Assembly (NCBI GenBank): GCA_965214935.1
Contig: CBDCCS010000010.1
Location: 1 to 64,000 of the forward strand
DNA: 64,000 nucleotides
Direction of reading: 5' to 3'
Source: Candidatus Velthaea sp.
GTDB taxonomy: Bacteria; Vulcanimicrobiota; Vulcanimicrobiia; Vulcanimicrobiales; Vulcanimicrobiaceae
The notes beneath the pieces are model-generated. The model searched no databases. It was not told the DNA's origin and saw only the letters and a program-made list of their open reading frames with translations. The position numbers and the translations under genes are program-made. The first letter of the stretch is position 1, and the number at the start of each line of letters is the position of its first letter. This document shows, piece by piece, positions 28,787 to 39,167 of this stretch.

Positions 28787-29848
28787 TTACGGAATAATGT
28801 GAGCGTCGCGCAGCTGCGTGAAAAGATCGAAAAAGCTTTCGTCCGTCGACTGATAGTTGAGAAAGCCGAGTTTCCGGCTCTTCGACATGTCGGTGACGAC
28901 TTCGATCGGCCGCCCGAGATCGGCATCCGTATGCCAAGCCGACGCCAACCGTCCGAGGTCGGGCTCGGCTAATGCATACGTGCGCGCGATGCTGGTCCAA
29001 AGCGGCGCGCAATCGGCAAGCTGCGCTTCGAGCGGGTGACCTTCGACAAACGGTGCGGCGCGGATGCCGAACCAATCGGCCAGCCGGCTCCACATCCAAT
29101 TCCAGCGAAAGACGTCACCGTTCACGATATTAAATGCTTGATTGCGCGCGGCGGGAGTGGTCGACGCCCATTCCAGATGTCGCGCGAGCAAGCGCGCATC
29201 GGTCATATCGGTCAGGCCGTTCCATTGCGCCGGGGAGCCCGGAAAAATAAACGGGCGTCCGGTTGCGCGGCAAATCGTTGCGTATGCGGCAAGCGTGACA
29301 CCCATATTCATCGCGTTGCCGATTGCGTATCCGATTACCGTGTGCGGGCGATGGACGCTCCACCCAAAGCCGTCGCGTGCAGCGGCGCGAAAGACTTCGT
29401 CTTCCTGCGCGTAGTAAAAATTTTCGACATCCAAACGCGGTTGTTCTTCGCGAAACGGCGTCGCGGGCAACGTGCCTTTGCCGTATGCCTCGAAGGGCCC
29501 GAGATAGTGCTTGAGCCCGGTTACCAACGCGACGTGCTGCAGCGACCCGGCCGGCGACAAAGCGTCGAGCATGTTGCGCACCATCGAGCCGTTGACAATG
29601 ATGTTTTCCGCCTCGGTCGGCCGCCGCAGCCAGGCCGCGAAAAACACGGACGTCGGGCGCAAGTCGCCGACCGCGGCTTGCAGCGACGCAGGATCGAGCA
29701 GGTCCGCGGTCACCGGCTGAACGCCCTCGATGTCGGTCGGCGGCCGGCGTGCCAAGGCATAGACGCTCCAGCCCTGCAACGCGAGATGGCGAACAAGGCT
29801 GCTGCCGACAATACCGCTGGCGCCGACGACTAGTGCACGTTCGCTCAT
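28787..29848 (-). CDS. SDR oxidoreductase (progesterone 5-beta-reductase/PRISE-like)
   Basis: ALVVGASGIVG, TGLKHYLGPF, NFYYAQED, WSVHRP. Confidence 0.9.
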   Translation of the reverse strand: MSERALVVGASGIVGSSLVRHLALQGWSVYALARRPPTDIEGVQPVTADLLDPASLQAAVGDLRPTSVFFAAWLRRPTEAENIIVNGSMVRNMLDALSPAGSLQHVALVTGLKHYLGPFEAYGKGTLPATPFREEQPRLDVENFYYAQEDEVFRAAARDGFGWSVHRPHTVIGYAIGNAMNMGVTLAAYATICRATGRPFIFPGSPAQWNGLTDMTDARLLARHLEWASTTPAARNQAFNIVNGDVFRWNWMWSRLADWFGIRAAPFVEGHPLEAQLADCAPLWTSIARTYALAEPDLGRLASAWHTDADLGRPIEVVTDMSKSRKLGFLNYQSTDESFFDLFTQLRDAHIIP

Positions 29849-30094
29849 ACGTCTTCCCTTCACGAATCGTTACACGAAAGCCCAGCGACGCCGAGATTGT
29901 CCCAATCGCCAAATTACGAATCGTCGGGAGTCGAGAGCCATTCGGTGCACCACTGCACGGCAAGCAGAGATCGCCTTCGCCGCAGCAACGATCGTTCAAG
30001 CGGAAAAACATCGGGCCAGTCGGGCGCGTCGAGCGTCGCGGTGCGGCGCACCTGCAAACACAGCACGATCCGCCGAGGCGCCGGGCGTGCGCGG

Positions 30095-30483
30095 CACTGG
30101 TCTGATCTCAGCCTTCGCTCGACACGTTCAAAAAAAGGCCGTTCGCTTAGTGCTCGCCGATTTTGCAAGCGCAGTTTACGTCTCCGCGGCGTCAACCTGG
30201 GAAATCGCAATGAAAACAACGTTAGATCCACTTGCACTTCCCGGCACACCCAGCCGGTATCTACCCGATCGCATTCAACGCGCTTGTCTTACACCGCGGC
30301 CGATCGGCGCCCGCGCATACCTACGGGGTTTTTGCGCTGCCCGACCATCATCGCGACCCGTTCGATCGTCTACGTATTGCCCAAGCTCAGATCGAATCGC
30401 TAAGCATCGTGACGAACGACCCAGCCTTTGCAAAATACGGTTCAAGCGCATTGCCGCTTAATACGAAGATCATGCAGCGATGA
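30095..30483 (+). pseudogene. Frameshifted VapC/PIN toxin remnant
   Basis: VYVSAASTWEIAMK in one frame and LPDHHRDPFDRLRIAQAQIESLSIVTNDPAFAKYG in another; 5' DT motif missing. Confidence 0.8.
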
Positions 30484-30770
30484 ACGAGGGTTGAAGCTCG
30501 GGAAGATTGCATTTAAATAAACGCCGACGTCTTTGCCGCTCGTCTATAGCGTACGGCTTCGACGCGATTACGCGCGGCATACGAAAGCGGCACGAGTACC
30601 GCGCTGCATGTGCCGCCCGTCGCCGTGAAGCGAGATAGAACGATCGCACGCCCGCTTTAACCGAATCACAAAGCGGAAAATCGCGGCTCAAACACTACCG
30701 CTCTCTGTATTGAAGCGAAAGCCGCGCGCTACGTCGAATCGACGTTACAAGCTCCGCTTGAGGCATCTTC

Positions 30771-31427
30771 GTGGCGATTGCAGCACAAGCCGTTGACGAA
30801 CGAGACCAGGTTATCCGGCTTAAGCTTTCTTGGTCGATGTATCGCGCTTTAAGCGAAGAGCTCGGCGACGATCGTCACGCCCGGCTTACGTACGACGGAG
30901 AAATGCTTGAAATCATGTCGCCCGGCGCGAAGCACGAGTTAATCGCGAACACCATTTCCGACATGATTGCAATCTTGAGTTTGGAATGGTCGGTCGATCT
31001 GACCAATTTCGGTTCGACGACTTTTCAAACGGAAGCACGCGGATTCGAGGCCGACAAAGCATACTATCTCGATGCACGTCGTCGAATTCGAGATATCGAG
31101 AAAGTTGATCTCCGCACGGACCCGCCGCCCGATCTCGTGATCGAAGTCGATATAACGAGTGACAGCCGCGATCGTATCAAGACGTATGCCGCGCTCGGCG
31201 TTCCGGAAGTCTGGCGCTATAAATGCGACACCTTTGCCGTCCTGACGCTAATGAACGGTACGTACGAACAGGGAACCGTCAGTCGAGTCGCCGGCGGACT
31301 GCCGGCCGTTGAACTTGCGCGACGCATCGAGCCCGGCTATCAGACCAAGGATCAGACGACGCTCGAAATTCGTGCCGAGTGGCAGCAGTGGCTGCGCGAG
31401 AACCTCTACCGTCATGACAGCGTGTAG
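30771..31427 (+). CDS. Uma2 family endonuclease
   Basis: RLTYDGEMLEIMSP, EADKAYY, PPDLVIEVDITS, YAALGVPEVWRY. Confidence 0.92.
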   Translation: MAIAAQAVDERDQVIRLKLSWSMYRALSEELGDDRHARLTYDGEMLEIMSPGAKHELIANTISDMIAILSLEWSVDLTNFGSTTFQTEARGFEADKAYYLDARRRIRDIEKVDLRTDPPPDLVIEVDITSDSRDRIKTYAALGVPEVWRYKCDTFAVLTLMNGTYEQGTVSRVAGGLPAVELARRIEPGYQTKDQTTLEIRAEWQQWLRENLYRHDSV

Positions 31428-31748
31428 CATCGCCAAAGAATGAACGAGCGAACATTGCGGTCGCTCGATGCACTTCGTCGCGACGGCTTCGAGGATGGTA
31501 CCGTCACCCTCGTCGTTTCGAACAATGAACAGGACCGATAATGAGATTGTTAAGCTGCGGCGCACAGCGGAGTTAACGACGGTCGGGCACGCGACGCGCG
31601 ATGGAAGAAACCGCCGATCGCCGGTTGCCGGTGACCGGCGATCTTATCGCCGGAACGAGGCGCACGGCGAAGATTATGGGCTGGCCGACGAACGACGTCA
31701 GTTACGCCAACGATCTCGTGATCGCCGACGTAGGTCCGCGCATCGACG

Positions 31749-31990
31749 TTGCGCGGTACGGTGGCCTATCCGCACCATACCGGACACGGCCTGGGCACGA
31801 CGGTGCACGATGCGCCGCGGCTCATACCGCACGATACGACGCGGGCAACGGCGAACATGGTGCTGGCAATCAAAACCGGCGCGTATGTTCCACACGTCGG
31901 CGGCGTACGCACGGAGTCTGTCGTGCTAACGACCGAGAGCGGTAGGCCGAATGTATTGTGCACCTTTCCGCATGCGTTTGAGCGTTACTT
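31749..31990 (+). pseudogene. C-terminal remnant of M24 (Xaa-Pro) peptidase
   Basis: YPHHTGHGLGTTVHDAP...VLAIKTGAYVPHVGGVRTESVVLTT; metal-binding residues degenerate, rest of gene absent. Confidence 0.7.
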
Positions 31991-32890
31991 AAAAAAACGC
32001 GTGCGCATTCCGCGCTGGTTCTCGTAAATCGAGCCCTGGTTCTCCGGCGGCGGCAGCGGCAGACGGACCGGCACGCGCTCGACTCGCGGCTCGATCGTCG
32101 TCTCTCCGGAGACCATAAGTTCATCGTATTGCGCAAGATCGGGAAAGCCGAGCAGCGGCCATGCGTCGGCGGCGCGAAATTGAAATAGGAGCAGCCGGCG
32201 ATCTTTGGCCGACAGGTTCGGTGCCGAGCCGTGAACGGCGCGCACGTGGTGAACGGTAATCGAGCCGGCCTTGCCCGTAAGCGGAACTGCGCGGCTAAAG
32301 TCGATCCCCGACACTTGCGGATCGATGGCTCCGACGAAGACGCCGCCGGCATGGTGATCGTACACCGGTCCACGGTGACTGCCCGGTATCACCATGAGCG
32401 GACCGTTTTCGAGTTCGGCGTCATCGAATAAGATGCCGACCGCCGCGAGATCGTCATGCGTATGCGGATAGAACGCCCAGTCCTGGTGCCACTCGACTGC
32501 GGCGCCGTAGCCCGCCGCCTTGAGGTTAAGTTTACTCGTGTCGAAGCGAATGTTCGGCCCCCAAAGATCGCGCAGCACCGCGACGATCTTCGCATGCCGC
32601 ACGAGTCGCGCATAGGCCGGGTGAACGATGTGCGGTCTTTTGATGCGTCTTACGCGCGGCTCGTGCGACGTGTGCGTGTCTTCAAGATCGTAGACGTCAT
32701 TGTTCGCCGCAATCGACCGCGCGGCGTCGACGAGTTCACCGGTAACCGCGCGTAACTCAGCGACTTCGTCCGCTCTCAAAATATCGGGCACGACAATAAA
32801 GCCGTCCTTCCGGTAACGCTCGAGATCGTCCGTCGACAAGCCGGATTGCGGAGCTTGAGTGACATTTAAATCCATCCTCGACGCAGGCAT
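31985..32890 (-). CDS. Phytanoyl-CoA dioxygenase family (Fe/2OG)
   Basis: YRKDGFIVV, WHQD, LMVIPGSH, HGSAPN. Confidence 0.92.
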   Translation of the reverse strand: MPASRMDLNVTQAPQSGLSTDDLERYRKDGFIVVPDILRADEVAELRAVTGELVDAARSIAANNDVYDLEDTHTSHEPRVRRIKRPHIVHPAYARLVRHAKIVAVLRDLWGPNIRFDTSKLNLKAAGYGAAVEWHQDWAFYPHTHDDLAAVGILFDDAELENGPLMVIPGSHRGPVYDHHAGGVFVGAIDPQVSGIDFSRAVPLTGKAGSITVHHVRAVHGSAPNLSAKDRRLLLFQFRAADAWPLLGFPDLAQYDELMVSGETTIEPRVERVPVRLPLPPPENQGSIYENQRGMRTRFFK

Positions 32891-33246
32891 TGAGTTATTC
32901 TCTCTGTAATTAGACGGCCGCGATTACTTGAAGCGGAAAACGTCGATGGCGTTAACCGCTATGAATGGTTTTCACAATACTTTTTCGCCTCTCCGTCCGG
33001 TCGTGCGTTCATCGCCGTGAGCGTCCGGATCGGTTCGTCGCAGATCTGCGAGCAGCCGTTCATCTTACCGCACGGTGCCCGTCGGCTTCGACCTCGTCGA
33101 TCGTTGCGTTTTGTGGATCGCGTCGGCTTCCAACGTTTACCGCTCCGTTACACCTTGACAATCGGCGTTGCGCGATACCGTCATCTTCGCTTTCTCGCTG
33201 TTGCAGATTCAGCTGCTCGGGGTATCGTCCGAAGCGTGAAGTTACC

Positions 33247-33984
33247 GTGAGCGTTGCTTACCTTACGGGCGCCGGCGGCGGCCTCGGCCGGGCAATGGCC
33301 ATGCGGTTGGCGCGGGACGGTCACACGATTGCCGCTTGCGACCAAGACGCAGCCGCTCTAAACGAGACGATCGAGATAGTGCGCGCAGGCGGATTACTCG
33401 CGTTGCCGTTTGTATACGATCTGCGCGATGAAATGGAAATCGAGCGCAGCTTCGCCGAGGCACTCAAGCAACTTGGCCCTATCGGCATTTTGGTCAACAA
33501 CGCTGCGATATACCCGAGCCGGCCGTTTCTCGACGTATCAGCCGGCGAATACGACGATGTCGTGCGCGTCAATCAGCGTGCGTACTTTCTTACCGCTCAA
33601 GATGCAGCGCGGCATATGCGCGAACTTGCGGCCGGCGTGATTGTCAACATCTCGTCCATCACGATTTCCGGCGGGTGGTCGGATCTCGCTGCTTATATCT
33701 CGACGAAGGGTGCGGCGATTACGCTTACGCGCGCATTAGCACGTGAGCTTGGGCCGTTAGGCATTCGTGTAAATGCGATTGCACCCGGCGCCTTCCCCAC
33801 CGCCGCCGAACTCATCCATCCGGATCAAGCGGCCTACCAGCAACTCATTCTCGATCATCAGGCGCTCAAGCGGCGCGGCAGGCCCGACGAGGTTGCGGCG
33901 GTTGTGTCATTTCTGTGTGGCCCTGACGCCTCGTTCGTGACCGGCCAAACAATCGCCGTCGACGGCGGCTGGTGGATGCCCTAA
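33247..33984 (+). CDS. SDR family oxidoreductase
   Basis: [30 protein letters not shown]. Confidence 0.92.
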   Translation: MSVAYLTGAGGGLGRAMAMRLARDGHTIAACDQDAAALNETIEIVRAGGLLALPFVYDLRDEMEIERSFAEALKQLGPIGILVNNAAIYPSRPFLDVSAGEYDDVVRVNQRAYFLTAQDAARHMRELAAGVIVNISSITISGGWSDLAAYISTKGAAITLTRALARELGPLGIRVNAIAPGAFPTAAELIHPDQAAYQQLILDHQALKRRGRPDEVAAVVSFLCGPDASFVTGQTIAVDGGWWMP

Positions 33985-34129
33985 ACACATTCGGTTGGCC
34001 GATCGCTGTGGCGTTTGTGTAGATCGAACGGCTCGTCTTCTTGATCGATTGCAACGGAGTGACAGCGGAAGAAGCAGAAACTTTCGTCGACGAAAGCAGC
34101 ATCGACGCGAATCGCCCTGCGGTCGCATC

Positions 34130-34309
34130 TCGGTCACCACCGCGGATCTCGAGCGGATATCAAATGAAAACCCCGCTTACCGTTTCGAGCGCGGAGAAGA
34201 CGGCACCGTCATCGTGAGCCCGATGCACACGAAAGACGGAGCAAAGAGCAGCGAGGCCTTCGTGCAGCTATGTTCGACTCTAATGTGTCCGGCGTTGCCG
34301 ACGAGCTGA
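34130..34309 (+). pseudogene. N-terminal fragment of a Uma2-like gene
   Basis: LERISNENPAYRFERGEDGTVIVSP resembles Uma2 N-termini; truncated by the GGDEF gene. Confidence 0.55.
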
Positions 34310-34315
34310 CTGTCG

Positions 34316-35881
34316 ATGGCCGGCAGTCCTATTGCCTCGCAATTTTTTGCCGATTCTTACCTTATGAGGGGTTTCAAGCGCTGCTCGAAGTCGCTAACCG
34401 CTCCTTGCACGGAACGGCCGGGGCACGGGCATTCGCTTGTCCCGATGCTCGTCGCCGGCGCCGGCCTCATTTTTACGGCGGTGGCGGCACTCTTCGCGCT
34501 GAACCTGATGTTCGAGAGAACGACCGCGGTCGATGTTGCGCGCCGTGCCACGACCAATCTCGCCGAGTCTTTAGCTCGACAGGCCTCGGACGCATTTGCC
34601 GCCACCGATTGCGCGCTGTTCGGTCTTGCCGAACGCGTTCAGGTCGAACCGCAAACGGCAGACGGACGCACTCAGTTGCAAAAATGGATGGCCATGCAGG
34701 TCGCGATGGTACCGCGAATGCACGCGTTGCTCGTCGTCGACGAACGTGGACGGCTCTTGGCGAGCGATACATCGTCCGTGCCGGGCTTGGTGAACGACAA
34801 CCGTGACATTTCCTATTTTCGCAATCATCCCGATACGAGCGTCCGGATCGCCTTAAACGACGGCAAGAATGGGTGGAACATCCACGTCTCGCGGCGTGTC
34901 GACCGGACCGACGGCAGCTTTGCCGGAGCGGTCATCGCCGTCATTGAGCCGGCTTACTTTGCGCAATTGTACGCGAGTGTCGATGTCGGCCGGCGGGGCA
35001 TCGTCGCGCTTGTCGCCGATGACGGGACGGTGCTGGTACGTAAGCCGATGGCTTTTATCGGCCGCCGGCAGATCGATGCCGAGGTGCCCTACGTGCAAAG
35101 GGCGGCGAACTCCGGAATCTTCCTCAGCTTACCCGCCGACAACGTGCAGCGGATGTTCGCCTTTCGCCGCCTCGATCAATACCCGTTGACGATCGTCGCC
35201 GGCGTCGCGGAAAGCGAATACCTCGCGGGATGGCGTGCAACCGCGCTGCTGAACGCCGTTGCGGTCTTGCTCGTGGCCGTCATGATTGGGGCTTCCGTTG
35301 CGGGACTGCGCGTGCAGATTCAACGCCGCAAGCGAGCTGAAGATACGCTCGCCCGGCAAGCACTGCTCGACGGTCTAACGGGCGTGGCGAACCGGCGTCA
35401 ATTCGACGCGGTCCTCGAGCGCGAATGGAACCGTGCTCAGCGCGATGGTAGCGCGCTGGCGCTGCTCATGATCGACGTTGATAATTTTAAAGCGTACAAC
35501 GATCGTTACGGTCATCTTGCGGGTGATAAGGTGCTCGTTGCAATCGCGCAAACGATCTCCGCGTGCGTGGTACGCAGCAGCGATCTGGCCGCGCGGTACG
35601 GCGGGGAAGAATTCGGCGTGATCTTACCTGCAACAAATACTGCCGGCGCCTGGGCAATCGCCGAACGAATCCGCGCGGCAATCGTCGCTCTGAGCCTGCC
35701 GCACGATGATGCGGCCGGCGCGATCGTCACCGTGAGCGTCGGCGTTGCTGCGCTCTCACCAAGCCTCGCATCGGGATTTTCATTCCTGGTCCAAACGGCC
35801 GACAGTGCGCTGTACGACGCGAAGCGCGGTGGCCGCAATCGGACGGCCGTGATGCCCGAGGAGTTGGCCGCACGTTCGTAG
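34316..35881 (+). CDS. Membrane diguanylate cyclase (Cache-type sensor + GGDEF)
   Basis: Two TM helices, periplasmic sensor, DGLTGVANRR, DVDNFKAYND, RYGGEEF. Start may be ATG 34445. Confidence 0.92.
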   Translation: MAGSPIASQFFADSYLMRGFKRCSKSLTAPCTERPGHGHSLVPMLVAGAGLIFTAVAALFALNLMFERTTAVDVARRATTNLAESLARQASDAFAATDCALFGLAERVQVEPQTADGRTQLQKWMAMQVAMVPRMHALLVVDERGRLLASDTSSVPGLVNDNRDISYFRNHPDTSVRIALNDGKNGWNIHVSRRVDRTDGSFAGAVIAVIEPAYFAQLYASVDVGRRGIVALVADDGTVLVRKPMAFIGRRQIDAEVPYVQRAANSGIFLSLPADNVQRMFAFRRLDQYPLTIVAGVAESEYLAGWRATALLNAVAVLLVAVMIGASVAGLRVQIQRRKRAEDTLARQALLDGLTGVANRRQFDAVLEREWNRAQRDGSALALLMIDVDNFKAYNDRYGHLAGDKVLVAIAQTISACVVRSSDLAARYGGEEFGVILPATNTAGAWAIAERIRAAIVALSLPHDDAAGAIVTVSVGVAALSPSLASGFSFLVQTADSALYDAKRGGRNRTAVMPEELAARS

Positions 35882-36486
35882 CCACTCGGACGATTTCGCT
35901 TTACCTGCTCGCCGTGTTTGACTCGCCATGTTTGAGAGCGCGCGATAGTGACAAGCTCATAGTGGCTCGAGGCAATTGCATCGATGAAGTAATGAATAAC
36001 CGTAGTGGAACGGATACAAGATCCGGGCGATCATCAGGATCGCTGACTGTCCACTATGGCCTTGCGATCGCTGCCTGAATACCCGGATTTGATGCAAGCT
36101 ATGAAGAATGTTGGGCTCGCGGCGAGTCAATTAGTCGCTACTGCTACATCATGCATCTACGGCGGAAGGTGAGATTGGGGCTTTCGGACGCATTTCAAAA
36201 ATCGGAACGTTTCTCGTGTTGACAGTTTAGTGCTTGCTAGGGTTCGTAAGTGTACGCCGGTAGGCACGGTGCCTCGAATTCGCTTTTACGCCGCCGGTCT
36301 TTGCCATCGGGATCTCAGAAACGCACGTAGTGACGCTGCGCAAGCTTGGCGACAATCTCTGCGCGATCGATTGTGCGTTATGGATGTGTAAGATCGCTTA
36401 AACATGTTGCGTCGCAGACGTCCGCTGCGGTTTGCAGTACGAAAGCGGTCGCAGCTGCGCGTTCCTGAACCGTCGAAAGTAGAATA

Positions 36487-38763
36487 ATGAAAGCTCGTAC
36501 AAGCGCAAGTCACCCACTTCAGATCGACAGCGTTTGGGTTCCGCCCGCAGGCGGACAGATCGGTATGACGCTCTGCCCCGGTCGACGCGACCGGTTCTCC
36601 GTTGCCGGTGAATGGGACCGTGACTTATCCGCGGATCTTGATGTCATCGCCGCCTGGAAGCCCGATCTCATGCTAACACTTGTCGAAGAACGCGAGTACG
36701 CGCGACTCGGTGTCGCTACGTTCGCAGAAGCCGTCAAGCGACGTGTCAGCAACTGGCGACACCTTCCGATTGTCGATGCCGGCGTACCTGACGAAACGTT
36801 CGAGCAAGTGTGGCTTAGCGTAGGCGCAGAAGCACGAGACATCCTCAAGCGCGGCGGCAATGTGCTGGTCCATTGCCGAGCAGGTCTCGGCCGAACGGGT
36901 ATGATCGCGGCGCGTTTGCTCGTCGAGCTCGGCGTCTCGCCGGACGATGCGATTGCGCAGGTTCGCAAAGCGCGGCCGAACACGATCGAAACGCACGATC
37001 AGGAACGGCACGTTCGAGCGCAAACGCGAAGAGACTACGATCCGATCGAGGACCGCCTGTACGGGACGATGCTCGGCGCCGCGATCGGCGATGCGCTTGG
37101 GTCGGCTTTCGAATTTGTCTCGAGTGCCGGCATTTACGATCGGATTGGTTCCGCGGTTGCGCGAGAGTTCTTTGAGGCTGTTCCTGGCTCGCTCATGTCT
37201 CCGCGCCGGCGCGGTATTCCAACCGACGACACCGCAATGACGCTCGCGCTCGTCGACGCATTGACCGCGGACGAATCGCCGTCACCGCATTCGATCCAAC
37301 GGGCCTTCGGTGAGGGCTTGCAACGCCGGACCGGTGCGTACGGCGATATGTTCTGGAACGGCGGTCCGGGTGGAGCGTGCATCGCAATGCTTCGTGTGTT
37401 CGATGACGGAGCGGCGCCATTTGAACGTCTCGATGCCGATGCCGGCGGCAACGGGGCTGCGATGCGCGCGCATCCGTGCGGAGCGTTTGCGCGCCGGGCC
37501 TTCGTGGCGGAACTCGCCGCGCAGCAGGCGCGGATCTCGCATCCGCATTCGAGCGCAGTTGCCGCCGCGCAGGTCGTCGCGCTAATCGTTCACGACGGTA
37601 TTTATACCGGCCGATTGGCACGAGAACTACCGCCCGAAATCAATGACGCACAAATGATCCGGGCCTGGGATGCGGCGCATCGGAATCTCGCGCGCGGCGA
37701 GCAGTTGCCGAAGCACCTGCGCGATGTCGACATGGCCGGCTGGAACACTGTTGCCGCCGCGCATGCAATAGCGCAAATGTATGCCGATGATATCGAAACC
37801 GGTATCGGTATTGCCGCCGCATCGGGAGGCGACACTGACACCGTCGCCTCGATCGTCGGTGCAATGTTAGGTGCCGTACACGGGCGTCGCAGTTTACCGA
37901 AGCGCTGGATCGACGGCTTGGAACACCGTGACGTCGTGGAGTCAGCCGCTCGCGCCCTGTACCATCATGTGGTCGTTCGCGAGCGTACACGGCCTGCTCA
38001 GACTGAGCCGGCGAGTCGCGTCAATGGAAACACCGGTCGAGCACCCGCGTCAACCGGCGCGCTAAGTTCGGCGCTCGATACGGGACTGCACGGCCACCAG
38101 CAAAGCAGTTCACAGCCGCTCGCGGAGCGCGCGGTGTTGACGTCACGTTTCCATCGCGCATTGATGGATGCCGAATTCTACCATCACGAGCAAACACGTA
38201 AGTCGACCAACGTTCCGTATTTTAGCCATCTGCTCGGTGTGTGCAGTTTGGTGCTTGAAGCCGGCGGCAGCGAAACCGAAGCGATCGCGGCGCTTTTGCA
38301 TGACGCGCCGGAGGATGCCGGAGGAGCGCCCGTGCTGGCTGCCATCGAACGGAATTTCGGCGCCGACGTTGCTTCGATCGTCGAACACCTTTCAGACGCG
38401 TTACCGGAACACGGCGTAGAGAAAGCAGATTGGAAACGTCGTAAAAGCGACTACATCGATCAGCTTGGCAACGCCGATCGATCGACGCTGCTGGTGGGAG
38501 CGGCGGACAAATTACATAACTTGCGCGCCATTCAATCGGACTACCAGCAGATCGGGAATGCGGTCTTCGAACGCTTCAGCGCCCCGGACGATAAGCGAGC
38601 AAACACACTCTGGTACTATCGTTCGCTGCTCGACGTGTACGATCGGCGCGACAATCGCGATCGCGACCCCCGCCTCGAACGTTTGACCGGCGCGATGCGC
38701 AACATCTTAGAATCGTTCGACGTTCGCGAGGAACGCAACGCGCCTCGCATGACCCATAAGTGA
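36487..38763 (+). CDS. Tri-domain protein: CX5R (CDKN3/PTP-like) phosphatase + ADP-ribosylglycohydrolase + HD hydrolase
   Basis: HCRAGLGRTG; GDALG, TDDT, GNGAAMR, GDTDT; RKSTNVPYFSH, ALLHDAPED, ADKLHN. Confidence 0.9.
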   Translation: MKARTSASHPLQIDSVWVPPAGGQIGMTLCPGRRDRFSVAGEWDRDLSADLDVIAAWKPDLMLTLVEEREYARLGVATFAEAVKRRVSNWRHLPIVDAGVPDETFEQVWLSVGAEARDILKRGGNVLVHCRAGLGRTGMIAARLLVELGVSPDDAIAQVRKARPNTIETHDQERHVRAQTRRDYDPIEDRLYGTMLGAAIGDALGSAFEFVSSAGIYDRIGSAVAREFFEAVPGSLMSPRRRGIPTDDTAMTLALVDALTADESPSPHSIQRAFGEGLQRRTGAYGDMFWNGGPGGACIAMLRVFDDGAAPFERLDADAGGNGAAMRAHPCGAFARRAFVAELAAQQARISHPHSSAVAAAQVVALIVHDGIYTGRLARELPPEINDAQMIRAWDAAHRNLARGEQLPKHLRDVDMAGWNTVAAAHAIAQMYADDIETGIGIAAASGGDTDTVASIVGAMLGAVHGRRSLPKRWIDGLEHRDVVESAARALYHHVVVRERTRPAQTEPASRVNGNTGRAPASTGALSSALDTGLHGHQQSSSQPLAERAVLTSRFHRALMDAEFYHHEQTRKSTNVPYFSHLLGVCSLVLEAGGSETEAIAALLHDAPEDAGGAPVLAAIERNFGADVASIVEHLSDALPEHGVEKADWKRRKSDYIDQLGNADRSTLLVGAADKLHNLRAIQSDYQQIGNAVFERFSAPDDKRANTLWYYRSLLDVYDRRDNRDRDPRLERLTGAMRNILESFDVREERNAPRMTHK

Positions 38764-39167
38764 GCTTCGGGAAGTAAGCCGCGCGACGTCCCTGCCAGAA
38801 TGGCCGCTGATACTTCCAAGTCGATCGGCGAGTTGTTTCTCAGGGCGACGTCCCGTCGTTCATGATCCGAGATTCCGGCCGCAATGGTTGCGTAAACACC
38901 CTTTATTTTACGAGAAGCGCGCATTCTGCGAAAAGGACGCCGCAAGTCTTAGCGACCGGTGCTCGCATTGCGCGGTTTCGCCGACCGCTTCGGACGTTGG
39001 TGCGTTGCAGACGAAAAACACGCAAAGTATGCCTTTGCGTCTTCGTAATTAGTGCAGAATCGTACGTCATTCGCCCGGCGCCATGCTGGACCAAAACGCA
39101 ATGCGCCCGCACCCAAGTCCCTACTTTAAAAGATATCTAGATACTTCCCGGAACGAAGCACGCGTCG

